In this document: in pieces, positions 38,085 through 51,580 of the stretch
Position numbering within the stretch: the stretch's first letter is position 1
How the letters are laid out: each line of letters begins with the position of its first letter
Notes under the pieces: model-generated
What the model was told of the DNA's origin: nothing
The model's database searches: none
The model's input: only the letters and a program-made list of their open reading frames with translations
Assembly: GCA_008632985.1 (NCBI GenBank)
Contig: QPGO01000037.1
Coordinates: 248,001-312,000 of the forward strand
Length of the DNA stretch: 64,000 nt
Direction: 5' to 3'
From: Psammoneis japonica
Taxonomy: Eukaryota
Program-made: the position numbers and the translations under genes

Positions 38085-38347
38085 ACGCTGGTAGTCGCTT
38101 TTCTTCTTGCATGGAGTAGCATAAGGGTATAGTGATAAGAGTCTATTCATAACTTGCGCACTCTGATCGCATCTATCACGGGTTCCGTGTAGTGAGGATA
38201 AAAGGTGAAATACAATACCACATCGAGGCTACAAAACAGGAAACAAGGATTCTTATGCATTGATTACGTAAAATGGCGAACCACAAAAGCACCATTAACA
38301 CTTTTTCGTCGAACACGAATGTGACTAATAAAACGCAAATCCCGCAT

Positions 38348-39075
38348 TTACATTTTGTAATTCTGCGCCATTTTTTCGTAGGCCAAGACAAAGGCAAGAA
38401 TGAGGGCCATGTCAACGCCGGGAGCGACTTGGACGAAGTAATCGTCGCGGCGCATATCGTCTGCAAAGTTCTGAAGTTGCATCGGGCTGCGCAATGTGGC
38501 AATGCACTGACCGCCAGCCTGTTCTTCTTCTTGGAAGGCGCTTCACCCAAGTAAATGGACCCCTCCATGGTCAAATAAGTCACCCTGGCTTCCAACAGCA
38601 CCTCTTCTCCCTTTTCGTTCTTGAGGCCCTTGGTCTTTTGTTTCGTGTTGCCAACATTGGATTCAACCTTGAAGAGCACCTCGTTGCCGTCGGCGTCCAA
38701 GATGGTTTGCGTGTCATCCAACCAAGCAATGATCTTTTCAGTCATGACAAAGACGGGCTCTTTGGTCTCGGCATCTACAATGACACGCTTGTCACGAAGC
38801 GAAAGAGCCTTTCCACCCACTTCAAAGAGAGTCTTGGGCGGATTCACCGAAACGTCCTTGACTTGATAACTATCACCACTGAAACTTGTCCAGAATTTGG
38901 CACGGAGATGGAGGAGAGGAGGTGTTTTCTGGTCCAACGGAACCACGTACTTGCCTCCCCCAAACACCGTTAGCTTGCCGGGAGGGACTGGATCAAACGA
39001 AGGTTCCACCAAAAGTTCCGTCCTTTCCGTGTCATTCTCCTTCTTGCCATCATCTTTCTTCTTGCCGAATACCAT
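38348..39075 (-). CDS. LURP-one / Tubby C-terminal-like protein (apparent 1-bp frameshift ~38531)
   Basis: KFWTSFSGDSYQVKD...LFEVGGKALSLRDKRVIVDA. One added base gives ...DDYFVQVAPGVDMALILAFVLAYEKMAQNYKM*, the typical family C-terminus. Confidence 0.85.
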
Positions 39076-40149
39076 GGTAACGAAGCAGGGTATGTCGATG
39101 CAGTCGCAAGTGTTGTGACAACCTGAAAAGAGCGCAAAAGGCCAGAGTAATGACCCTGTTCGGATTTCAGATTTTATTTTTACGGTCGGTTTCTATCATC
39201 TGTACTTCTACGGAATGTAGCTTCATACAGTACCCTGGTACAAACTGTAGGCGAGCTACAGTGTACTAACTCACAAGGTGAAGTAAGTAACATAATCCGA
39301 TGATTGTGATTGGCTGAAACGTTCAACAAGGCTTCAGCAATGTCCAGAGGGCGATAATCAACAGATGTTCGAGTTCAAGTAAGATCCGACGGACTCGCTC
39401 GAATAAAATGTGTCGCCACATTTTTGCTTTGACGTGACGACAACACTTGCCGGTGCTTGAGATAAAACTTTGAGCTTGTATGCACCACCCCTCGTCCATC
39501 TGGCATGTGAATGTTGAGTTCTGCCAAATGGCAACCAGCTCCACTGAGATTGTTGTGCTGCACCAGATCAGGTTTGAATGCCCGCCTGTCCTGGTGCTTT
39601 TCAAAAAGTCACAGTTTGGCATTCGCGCACCAAGAGCTGCAGTTGTCACCAAGTTTTACAATGAGATGCACCATTGGCTCTGGTGTTGGAGCTTCACAGC
39701 TTGTTGAACAGTGTGCATTTGGTCTTGCTGTCTCCGAACTCACCGCATGGTTGCTCGCAAACATGCAGCGCTGTCGCAGTTGGCTGTTGTTGCCGCGTCA
39801 CCTGGGCGCAGAAGCTGAAAAGTGAGCACAAGACCCGCAACTCAATCCAAGCCACAAATGCAAACTTGCCACATTGTCTGCAATTGTCAGTGCATCTTGC
39901 ACTGCAACTTTGTCTGTCTGTCCTGTGAAAACCACCTCTGACCCCAATGTTCCAACATCCAGTCCAACTGGGTCATCCATGACCAACCAATTTGTGCAGT
40001 TCTTGAGTCAAATCTTCAGAGCCATTCTTGAAACATTGACATCTGTGGCTTCTTCTTAAAGGAGGGAGGGCACAAGGAGAACTTGTTCTTGCACCTTGGT
40101 TTTGAGCGAATCCTCATTCTCCCCATTTTTCTTTTGCCAATGATGCTCA

Positions 40150-41590
40150 GATCATTGTGGTCAGAGTCCAAGGGACAAATGTTGCAAATGGTTTCCAACA
40201 CCATTGCCATCTCCATCCCTCTGGCCCACATTGGCTGCCAAGAGGCAGTTGCCCAAGTTGTCCTGAACACCATCACCATTGCTGTCATTCTGCAACAGCT
40301 TCAACACAAAAAGCTTGTGTCCCTGTCCATCAGCAGCAGCAAAGTGCAGTTTGTTTTCATCCACCATGGTCAATCACAGTGGCCTTGAATGTGAACAATC
40401 TTTGTCACCAGGATGGATGTCCACTGCCATCTCCATTCTGTGGCAGCCACAATGGATCATGAGCCCAAAGCTCCTTTCCATGTTTTCCATTGCATGCACC
40501 AAAAAGCAACTTTCTGTTGACCAGAGTCAAGCATGATGGATTGGACAAGTCTCCACCAAAGCCAATGTCTTGCACCATTTCCATTGTTTAACTCACAGGG
40601 TCATGTGCCCAAAGCTCCCTTCTCCATGTTTTGTGTTTTCAGTGCTGAAACACAGCTTTCCATCCAAGGGTGTCAAATGGTCTGGGGACAAAGACTCATG
40701 AACTCCAGGATGGATGTCTTTTGCTGTTTCCATTTTGTGTCTTGCTGGATTGTGCACCCACAGCTCAAATCCACTCGTGTGCCCACTGCAAGCTTCAAAG
40801 CAGAGCTTTCCATCCACGAGTGTGAAGTGAGATGCATGAGAATGCTCAGGACCAGGGCTGACTTCCTTTGTTGTTTTTGTTGCATCACTTGATGGATTGT
40901 GAACCCAAAGCTTGATCCCATGTGTTCTGTCATTTGCATGGAAGCACAGCGGGTGTGAAGTGGGTTGTGAACCTGAACCCTTTTCACTGGGGTTGATGTT
41001 CTTTGCCATTTTTGCGGTGAGACTCAATGGATCATGAACTCAAAGCTCTTTTCCATGTGCTCCATTGTTGGCTGAGAAGTGCAATTTTCCATCCATGGGT
41101 GTGAAATGACATGGACTTGAATGAGACAGACCAGGGTTGATGTGTTTTGCCAGCTTTGTTTTGCAGCTGACCAGATTGTGCACCCACAACTCACTTCCAT
41201 GCTTTCTGTCATTTGCAGAAAAGTGTGATTTGCCATCCATTGGTGTGAAACCCTGAGCACATGATGATCTGCACCCAGGCCAGGATTGATGTCTTCTGCC
41301 ATTGCCATCATGTTGCCTGCTTGATCATGCATCCAAAGCTCCTCTCCACAGATTTCATTTCCAAAGTCATCAGCTTCATCCCTGGCTCCAAAGTGCAGCT
41401 TTTCATTCATCAGCGTCAAGTCCCCCAAGCACAAATGTTCACCTTTTTTGTTGTGTCATGCACTGGATTGTGCACCCAAAAGCCCCCAGCACTGAAGCAA
41501 AGCTTTCCATCCATGGCAATTGTGATTCTGTCCATTGGCGCCAGTGTGGCAAATTCATCAAACTTGAATGACAAAAAATGGCATTCCATC
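40150..41590 (-). pseudogene. ELWxxDGT-like beta-propeller repeat gene with thrombospondin type-3-like repeat, pseudogenised
   Basis: Repeated ELWVHNP...AKDI(N/H)PG...LTP(M/L)DGKL(C/H)FSA units and GDGVQDNLGNCLLAANVGQRDGDGNGVG. Multiple frameshifts. Confidence 0.8.
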
Positions 41591-42249
41591 AAGTGACCAT
41601 TTGATTTTGTGCTGGTTTGCATTTCCCAAATGCCACCTTCTTGTCAGCCATTTTGATGTTGAGAGGCACCATCATTCTCAAACTCCAATGGCATCTTTCC
41701 ATGCCATGTGCTTCCACCAAAAGTTCCTTCACATTGGTGCTGCAAAAGAAGCATGTGACAAGCCAGCAAAACAACATTGTTGTTGCTCTTGTGATGCACT
41801 TTGAGGAGAGATGGGCCTTGTTGTGATTTGGATGCTGCCTTTTTTTCATTTTGAGTGGTGCTGGCATGTTGCACAGAGTGACCCATTTTTGACAAAAAGT
41901 TCTTGTTTCCTTGATGGGAGTCTTGGACATTTTGGATGCACTTGGCACTGTTGCCCTGTTGAAATGACTTGACATGCAAGCACACAACACAGAATTGCAT
42001 GCCTGGGTCATCTGTGGTTTGTGACGCACTTGGTGCCACTGCCTTGTTGAAATGACTTGACATGCTCAGGTGGCAGTCCAGCTGCACACACAATGAAATT
42101 TGATGTGTCAGTCATCTGTGGTCATTGTCATTTCTTGCAATTGTGCTGTGCATTGCAGTGCATGATGTGGCAAAGTTTTTGTTTTTTAATGATGCAGGAG
42201 TGAGAAGCAATCTCCTCTGCTGGCTTTGGCCACCCAAACATTTGCAAGA

Positions 42250-43900
42250 GACAGGAGAACCACGGTGCAGCTGAGTGGTCAATTTGGTGCTCTGCATTGG
42301 CCAGTGCTGTCCTGCTGGACAAAGGGGATGATGCACACTGCTCTGTTGCTCAGACCCTTCCTTGTGTGCACCCGTTTAACATGGCCCAAGCCAGAAAAAA
42401 GGAAGGGAAGCAAAGAAAACCTCCCAGCCACATTTCCCTGGCTGTGGAATGTGTTTTTTTCTCTCTGTGGCTGTTTTCTCATGATTGCAGTGGCACACTC
42501 TTCTGAAACACTTGAGCCACATGGCCTGCTTGACACTGAACATTGTTTGCCACATCATTGGGGCAGGCAGAAGCAGCAGACAAGGGCACACTGCCATTGC
42601 AGGGAGGGCAATAGAAGGCATGTTGCTGGGAGCTGCACTGTGCATTGCCAAGGAGCAAGTTTGCAGAGGACGAAGTTTTTGGGGCTTGCACCACAGAAGG
42701 GTGTTGTGGGTGGGATGTTGCTTGTGTTCCTGCTGAGCATGCTTGGCACACCAGAGCTTGGGGGGGATGTGCAAAAGAAGGTGCAATGAAGATGGTGCAC
42801 CACTTTGTTTTGTTTTGCTGAGCACCCTGTTGAAAGTGAAGTGCTTCATTGGAGGTGCCAAACTTGGTGCTGCACAAAGAGCAGCAGCAGAGGGTGTCTC
42901 AGATGGGAGCGAGGGGGGGGTGCTTGGCTTTGATGAAAGCATTGTTGAAATTGCTGTTTGGGCAGAAGTTTGAACTTTTGCTCCTGCAGATCACTGCATG
43001 ACTTTGTTCCAGCTGCCAAACACCAATTTCCAATTTTGCATCATTTCCATGTGCCCCACACAAAACCCATGCACACCTGGCACTCTGTGCAAAAAGCCAA
43101 CAGCGCCACAAAGCAAGCTTGCTCTGACCTCTGAGGAAGCCCTTGCCAGACTGTTGGGTGTTGGGTGCATTGCAAACATTGCATTGTTGCTGCTTCACCA
43201 TGCTTGTTGTGCAAACACCACAGCACAAGATCTCCTGTGCTGGGAGCACTCCCCTTGCTGGTCAAGGGCAGGAAGCTCAGAACAAGTGGGCAAGAATGCA
43301 CTTCCTGCTTGAGGCTGGCAATGCTGCACCCCTCAATGAAGACAACAAAGACAGCCTGTGGCAATGCCACAGTGAGCACATCAAGCAGCCCCCAACAAAA
43401 AGAGGCTTTGAGCCACCCCACTTTCTGGAACAACATGTGGTTGTACTTGCCCAGGACAAATGAAAAGCCATGCCATTGGTGCTTTGTGTGTCATCAAAGA
43501 GCCCCAGCTTGCTGTGCTCAAGATGTGTGGGTTTTTTTGACTTTTGATCTTGTGGTGCAAGACTGACAAAACCTCCCCATGAGGGTGTTTGATGTGCGCA
43601 ACAAGCCAAGTTGCTGACTTGCCTCACACTGGCTGATTTTGCAGAATTTCCATGAAAAAGTGTGGTTTTGGGGCACATGCTGTGTCTTCTCCAAGGGTTG
43701 CCAGGTGGAGACATCTTTTGAGACATTGTGGAGCTGCCACTCAATGCACGACTCTGATTGATTCAATGGGTCACAAAATTTGCCCAGCGGGGAAGATGGA
43801 AGCACACTTTTGTGTTTTGTGCAATGACCCATCATGGGGAGGCCTCTTCCTTCCTTTCTTCCATGTGCCACACAGACCCTCCATGTTGGAAGTGCTCCAA
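42250..43900 (+). repeat. Unknown repeated coding-like element, copy 1 (homologous to ~57.1-58.85 kb)
   Basis: Collinear shared blocks: cctgctgag, aagaaggtg..atgaagatgg...tttgttttgctgagca, caagatctcctg, gaagctcagaacaa, aagccaagttgctga, ccaggtgga...tgtggagctgccact. Confidence 0.75.
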
Positions 43901-45517
43901 TGGCCAAATGGCCTTTCATTGTCAATCCACAATGCCCAACTCATCTTCAATCTTGCACTGATGCCCGTGCAACCATGTGCCCAGCCCGATGACAAATGAA
44001 GTCAGCAAGCAACATCTGTGTGGAGTTGTCAAGAACAGCACAGGTGTGGCTGGCTTCAGTCTCAAGCAGGGAATTGCAGCACCATTTCACAGCCAGGCAC
44101 AAAAACATCAAATTAAGAATGCACACCATGATGTCATGCCTTGTTTGTCACCTCTCCTCCTCTGTCATCCACCAGCACAAGCCCTCATCTCTGACAAATC
44201 TGTGGTCTGGGTCTGGTGGCTGGAATGCCAGGTGCTGGGCATTCCCAGGTTGCAGCATCTTGCCATGCTCACAAGAGCCAAGTTTCCCACCTGCTGCCTG
44301 CTTGAAATTGTTGTTGATTGCATGTGGATTGATCACTGTGGCATCTGACCTGGCCTTGTGTTTCTTGCTGTGTCCCTGGCTGTGGTTGAGTGCAAAGGCA
44401 ATGTTGACATTGGGGTGCAATGCCTTTGAACAATCAACACAGTGTTCAAATTGAACAGCCACATGGTTGCATCATCAGAGTGCATGACATTGTAATGTCT
44501 GCACACATGATAAAAACACATTGCCACATCATAAAATCTGCTTGTCTGCACATGATGGTTTTTGTTGTTCGGTTGATTGTTGATCCCCTGCTGTTCTTCA
44601 TGTTTGAACACAGATGCTTTTTAATTTTTGTGCTCAGCCTTTTTCACAACAACTGACGATCTTTGATGACAAGCCAAACATTGCAGTTGCATGCAATGAA
44701 ATTTTCATCATGCAAAGTGTGCACCAATTGTTCAATCAATGGCTGTGCTCCAATTGGCCTGTTTGTCCGCATCGTCCTCTTCATTCCACATGTCTTGTCC
44801 ACTCTCTTGCAAGAATTTCAAATGCACGTGCCGCTGCCGCATTGGATGTTTCCTTGTCACTGTTCCAAAAAAGCCACACTGCATTTCTTGCATTTGGGTG
44901 AACATCATCGAGAGGAAGAGGTCCCTCGAAATGCAGAATCGCATCGCTGCTCCCCTCTTGATGTCATGTCGTCTGCTTCTTTTTCTCTTTCTTCATTTTT
45001 CCCGTCCCATTTTTCTCTTCCTTCTTTGTCTTGGCGCCGCCTGTTTTCACCGTCTCCGGCATCTTTCCATCCGAATCCTTCTTTTTCATCGATCCTGTTG
45101 CCGTCGCCTTCATCGTGTGTCACTTTGTTTTGGATCCATGTTTCTGACTTCTCTCTGTGCTGTCCCCATTTCCAAATGTTTCTTTGTGATTGTTTGCACA
45201 CGTCACTTGAAGGCACCCACGTGTTCTTCACGCACCTTAACGCACATGTAGAAATCCATGTTGTTTTCCAGTGCATGCACCCTTTCTCCTGATGCATGTT
45301 TTCACAATGTTTTCTTCCATCAATTCCACACTCCGCATTGCCCTTTCCCGGCACAATCTCACGCAGGATTTCTCTGGGAGAAGTTGCACATGCGTCTGGC
45401 AGGTTTTTGTGTGCAAAACTCCAAATCCCACCAGGTGCGCATGTGACTTCTCCCACGCACCACTCTGGTGTGTTTCCACAGAAACCAGAATTTTGTGACT
45501 GACGCACGACCAATCTG

Positions 45518-46531
45518 GTGAATGCAATGGCGGACCCACGACCACAACAATCAGAGCATCAGAAGAAAACCATGTCAGATGAACTCCGTCCATCCGCTGC
45601 TGAGGATTTCCATCGCCGGATGATGGGGACAGTTGGTGGTTTTGTTCACGCTGACGCTGCTCGTTGTTCGGAGGAACAGAGAGCAAAGGATGCAAAGGCT
45701 GCTGTGTCAAGATTGGTGGAAGCAATGGCAGAAGCCCGTTGTGCCATTGTGGCTGCAATGACCACACTTGACAGTGCTTTGTTAAATCAAGCAACAACCA
45801 CTCGCGAATTTAAGCACATCTGTGCACAGTTCATTGAGTCATCGATCGAGACACACTGTTCAGACAACGACTGTGTTGTTGCAGTGGAAAATTGCAGCGA
45901 AGCGGAAATGAGTTTCCAATGCTTTCTTCATGGCAACGCATTTGACGCAAAAGAATTGGGGCTCCCAATCTCCGTTGCAGGACATCAAAAATCAGAATGC
46001 AGGCTAAACATGCTGCACAGCTGTGACTCGACGTTGCTTCTGAGAAGCCTCAGGGCAAATTCTGACACAGACGCCAACAGAGCAGCAGAGAGGGAGCAAT
46101 CTGCGATTGACAGCATTGACAAATCCATCCACCGCCATGCCATGCCACTCCTTCGAAGGCGACATCTAACACAGCCGCAGTGCGTCCTGAAGGACACAAT
46201 CGCGTTGCTTCACGAGGCCCTCAACGATTTGACAAGGAAAGACGTTGCCTTGCAGTGACAGTGGCAAGCTTTGTATGATCTGAGGCCAGGCACAGAGCAA
46301 ATGTGGGGAGGGACATGGACCACGATCCGGGCTGTGGACGAAGAAGCCGTGGCAAGAGAAAGGGTCCTGCAGTTGGCATTGCAAATCGAGGCACAATTGG
46401 TGGCTGTCAACCAGCCTGACCACAGCGCCGACTTTCAGCAGGCGATTGTGGCTGCCAGGGAACATTTCATGGCGCAGGATGACCAAATGGACCGTGCAAG
46501 TGGACACTGCATAGAATCCATGAGGAAGTGA
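45518..46531 (+). pseudogene. Degenerate unknown ORF convergent with the Plavaka-like transposase
   Basis: 246 aa ORF plus an in-line 86 aa ORF, helical/charged, almost Tyr-free. No family recognised. Confidence 0.35.
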
Positions 46532-46775
46532 TTGCTCTAAAAACACACACACTGTGAGTGAATGACAGATTGACACGCGCATCCCACTTTAGAAACAAAT
46601 CTGACCAACACTTCCTTCTGTCCTGTGTGGCCCAAACAAATGGGGCCTTTTCTTGTGCTTCCACTGCTCCTGGACATTCTTCATAAACCAAAACATTGTC
46701 CCCAATTGCTTTGACAGGGACAACACATAACTTGGGTGAGTGCTGAGTCTTCTCAGGCATTGAAAGCCAGTTGTT

Positions 46776-49605
46776 TCATTTGTGATCAAGCTGCCAGCGA
46801 CTGACCAAGTCTGCATGCTGATGCCGTTGCCTCACAGTTCTCTGGTCAGCTTGATGAGCAGTTGGATGGACAACTGCAAAAATTGATCCTGTGTCTTCCT
46901 GTTTGAAGAAACACAGCAAACGGGAGGAAAACTGTTGATCGCCCTTTCGTGTGCCAAAGGTCACACAGGCAAAGTCACACCATGGTCCTTTGCTTTTGCA
47001 ATCAGGGTGCGCACGGCACGTGTCCCTCCCGTTTGCATTGTAAAACTCTGTCTTACAAGTCAGGTGTGCACTTTCACTGTCTTCACCAACACAATCCTCC
47101 CACTTTTCCGACATGAAGTTCAGCAACACAGGATGAACTTGGCAACGAGTGTGCCCACTGTTCCACTCAAACGTCACAGCGCTGATCCCTCGGTTGTAGG
47201 TGAGAGTGAACGTGCTTCCTCCCAGCGTGTGATTGTCCGTCCTGACTCTTGATGATTCCTTTTTCCCAGTTGGCAAAATCCAACTGTCAGCTGAAATTGC
47301 GGCGTTGAGCCTCATTTGGTCCTCCATGCGCGACACGACCTGCTTCAGAAAACTGTCGAGGTTGCGTTGTTGTGCGGCAGATGACAGCAGCTTGAAAAAG
47401 TCTTTCAAGAGACATTCCCCCAAGCCTGCGTCAAAGTTCATTGCATGTCGGCAACAATGAAGAAACACTGGGAGATGGAGTGTTTCATGAAGCTTTTGAA
47501 GCTTCCACACGCATCCTTCTGTTCGAGGGATGAATTGCACCATCCAGTCAATGAGGAGACGGATTTTCTTGTTCATTTTCTGAACAGATGAACTGGGAGT
47601 TACGCTTGTGATGGGTGGATTGCCTGGCCTGTGCCATGCGTGGAAGACAAGAAGGTCCTCGAGCAATTGAATGAATTGCCGGACGCTGCAGTTGAGTCTT
47701 TTTCCCTTGTGTTTTTTCTTTTTTTTGTTTGTCGTCACCATCCTCAGCCTCACTCTCCTCTTTCTCATCCTCATTTTCGTCCCAGTCACCCTCTTCGAAC
47801 TCCTCCAACCTTTCATTGTCAGAGTCATCCAAGTGCTCACTGGGTTGGCAGCAACTCTCAAAGTTTGCTTTGGGCATCTTGTGATTCTCTGGAACAATGG
47901 GTTCGTCTGCGTCCTCGTCAAGGAAGCATGACTCACATGCGTTTCGTCCCTCGCTGGTCAACAGGAGAAGGTAGAAAACAAAAGCCATTTCAGTCCAGTG
48001 GTGAGAGTTGAGGAAGGTGAGCGACGTTGCTCCTCCTTTGAAGTTTGTTTGCAAAAAGGATGCTTTGCAAGTTGACCAGTGATTGCTGAAAATCCTTTCC
48101 ACTGTGCTGTCCACCTCACTTGCGACCACAGGTGTCATGCTGTCTACAAATGAATTGATCACCCTTTTCAAGGTGCCGTTTTCAAAGAGATGCATCATGT
48201 CACTTGCTGTCGCAAGGGTGACGCTGTGTGGTTGTGTGCCAAAGTCTGCCTCAAAAAGACAGTTGGCAGGTGCATTGTGTTGCTTGAGGCAATGCAAGAT
48301 GCCCAACCAGTGCTTCCTTTCTTGGTCTGATCTGTTGTCATCGTTGGCCTTAGTTTGCACTTGGTGGAGATCCAGTCCTCGGACAAACTCGCATTCAATC
48401 CATGGGTCGTCCAGTCAGTTGAAGCCAGTGAGGCAAAAACAACAGCAACGTTGATGACAGTTGTGACCTCTGTGTCATCCAACGAGACAGTTGCCGCTTT
48501 TTGCATCTCCCATGATGAGAACGATCAGTGGGATTACGTGGAGGTGTCGCATCTCATCCCCTCGTTGCACGTGTGTTTTCATGCCTCCTTTTCTCATGAC
48601 TTCCAAAAGTGGCTCCAAAATGACACGCAAGCAAGTGTGGTGGTCTCTTGACGAGCGTCCCTTCTCTGCCTTGCGATTGTTTGAGAGATTCTTTGCCGCA
48701 GATGATGACATCTTTTCCAAATCCAGGAGACAACCAATTGGTTTCCAGACACTCTTGTCCGACCATTTGTTGAAGGCAACATGCGCAGAGGTCATGATCA
48801 CTGGCTCTCCGCAATGTGATCCCATCCCTTGTGTCCTGCCAGTCTTGTCGAGGTAAATGACATTGCACTCGAGAAATTGTTTCTCCGGGTCAGTCATCCG
48901 TTCTTCGTGACTGCGCCTGCACCACTCACCCGCCAAAAGGCACTTGTCATCCAGTCCCTTCGCTTTGTGCTTCCCAAAAGGATTGTCTGGATCGGCCATG
49001 TTCTCTCTGCTGCACCACAGGTGAGGATCGAGTAAAAACTGTTCCCAAACCTTTGTGAAATCCCATCTTGGCACTGACACTCGTTTTGGCAAACCGGTTT
49101 TGAAATTTTTGGTTTCTGGAGTGACAGAAATAGACTCGCTGGGTGGAAGAGGGAAATGCTTGGTTAAGGTGCACATCAACTCTTTTCTCCTTGGCAGAAC
49201 TGCACCAAGCTCAATGTTGCTGTTGCCAGTGTGCCTCTCAATGAAATTAACAATGCAATCGCACAATTCCAGGGGAGCACCGCGTGTGTCCATGAGCTTC
49301 TTGCACAACTCCATGCAAGCTCCGTCAAGATTTGTCAGAGAGGGAGCAGAAGCCAAGGCCTCTTCTGCAGGAGCGTCATGCCTGATCCCCAAATGTTGAT
49401 CCTCATCGTTGATGTCCTCTTCCTCCTCCATTGTCATGTCCAACACTGCAGCAAAGGATTGACCACCGCCAACATCCAAATCGTTCATTGCTGAAAGTTC
49501 AACTCCTTGCATGCTGTGGTTTGATGAAATGGAGGACATGTCGTCCATTCCGTGCGGTGCGTCATCCGGGGAGGGGAACAAGGGGCTGCTGCTCGGATCA
49601 CTCAT
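46776..49605 (-). mobile_element. Plavaka-like transposase, frameshifted
   Basis: VIYLDKT...GEPVIMT...WKPIGCL...HHTCLRVILEPL...IMGDAKSGNCLVG, DMMHLFENG, WKLQKLHETLHL...NFDAGLGE, and C-terminal CRAHPDCKSKGPWCDFACV. Family assigned from recalled motifs. Confidence 0.72.
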
Positions 49606-50310
49606 TGAAGATCTTGGGAATCTGCTGTGAGTTGATCACCTTGGACAGGATTCGTCATCATCAGAGGACGAAGAGGAAGAACTGCCGCTTTCTTCGGGTG
49701 GCCCCTCTGTTGTGGCAGGAATGTCACTTTGATCTGGGATTGGATCTTGGGTTTCCAACTCTTGGGCAACTGAGCAACACGTCGGTGAGCATCTCCAATG
49801 GCAGGCCATTCGCAAAAAACTTTGGCCACAACCGGGACAGAGAAGAGGGTTTCCATCCATTGCAAATCAGACAACATTGACAGGGCCTTCATCAAGACTC
49901 ATGCTCATTGTCCTTGTCTTGTGGATGAGAAGGGAAAAAAGAACAACACGCAAAAAATGGCGGGAAATTGGCAAACATTGCATTGTCTTCCAGATTGGGA
50001 TGATTCTTGTGGGCATGACGCATCTGCATTTTGATTTTTATCTGGCATCCACAATGAATGTTGTGCTTTTTATTTGCTGTCAAAATGCAGGACATCATCT
50101 CCATTGAAACGCAATGACAGCCACATCAAAAAGCAAGTTGGACCATTCGTTGTTGTGTGTGAACACATTTTCACATTTCAATGTTGCTGACAATGATTTG
50201 TGCAATGTTGTAGAGAAAAATAGAGTGCCTGGCTGTCTCAACACCACCCAAACAACGGTTGCACTGTCGAACAGCACCAATCCTCTCATTGTTGCAGTGA
50301 AAAGATCAAG

Positions 50311-51580
50311 ATGTCGTCTCCAGCACAACTGGCACAGAAGAGAAAGAAAAATGAGACTGTCAAGCCAATGAGCCCAAGACTTCAGGCAGTGTTGAAGAGA
50401 ACAGGTGCGCAGGCAGCACATGGTGCATTGAAATCAGAAGCAGAGAAGGTGGCTAGAAATGATCTCTTTCCACAGGTGAAGTTTCTCAGTCCGTCAGAAT
50501 TGGCAAGCAATGGGAGCATCTCAATGTTTGTCAACAGATTGCTGGTGGCAACATGGACACTTCAAATTGGTCAGGAACTTAGGAGGAATGGGCAAAAAAG
50601 GCGGTAAAAAGGCAAGTTGACAATCGCAGAAACACGGTGTGTTCGCTGTTGGGGCGGAGGCAATGGCCCACAAGTTGAGTGACCAATGTGTGTGATTCGA
50701 GAGTTGCGTGCATCTCACAAGAAGATGACGGTGATGCTTTGTCTGTGTGGGCATTGTCACTGAGGAAGAGGGAAAGGAAAAAGAAAAGAAACTCAAGGCG
50801 GCAGACAGGAGGAAAAAGAGGAAAAAGTCAAGCCGTGACAAGAATGAAGAGAATGACATCCCGTTTGTGCCGACATGGGATCCGTTTAGCCTGGACACTG
50901 TCGCCGGCGGTAAATGAAGGAACAAGCAGGCATGCAAGTGGTTCTGTGATCACATCCTGCCTCAAACCAAGCAAAAGCAGGCATGGAGCAGTGCCGTCAA
51001 AACTGGGAATGCACAGGTCTCACAGTTGTTTGCGGTCAGTGACGAAGCTTTGGCACCATTGGCCATGGAGAATTGTTGGCAGGTGTGGGCATGCAGGAAC
51101 AAGGAGGAGGCGGTGGAAGAATTGGGTGAGGAAATGGAGCCTGAAGAAACAAGGCCTGCCCCTCGGTGCACGAAGCCAAAGAAACAACGAGTGTCTTGGG
51201 AAGATGACTGAATCAATCGGTTCAATGATTTGTGCAAAGAGGTGACGAAAGACAGAGACTCCAAGGAGGGCAAGGAGTTTGAAAAGTGGCATGCGGAAAT
51301 CAAGAAAAGCGAGCACGAGAAGTCCGGAGAAGCAAAAAAGAAGAAAAAGAAAGCACCGACCGGTGATGCGGATGAGGTGAAGGCAATGAACAGCCCAATG
51401 GTGGAGAGCAGCAGGGATGACAATGGCAACGACGATGAGCAGGAGGAAGGTGCAAAAGGCAAAATGGACAACGGAGGAGACGAGTCCGATGGAGACGAGT
51501 CCGATGATGATCGTTGGCTTGGTTTAAGAGAGTTGCAGCAAGAAAATGTGTGCACAGTCAACATGGCACTCGGTCATTGA
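50311..51580 (+). pseudogene. Divergent companion ORF of the Plavaka-like element
   Basis: ARNDLFPQVKFL, FAVSDEALAPLAMENCWQVW, PRCT, W...INRFNDLCKEVTKDR and an acidic tail. Same TpA-lost, CpG-kept signature as the transposase. Confidence 0.5.
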
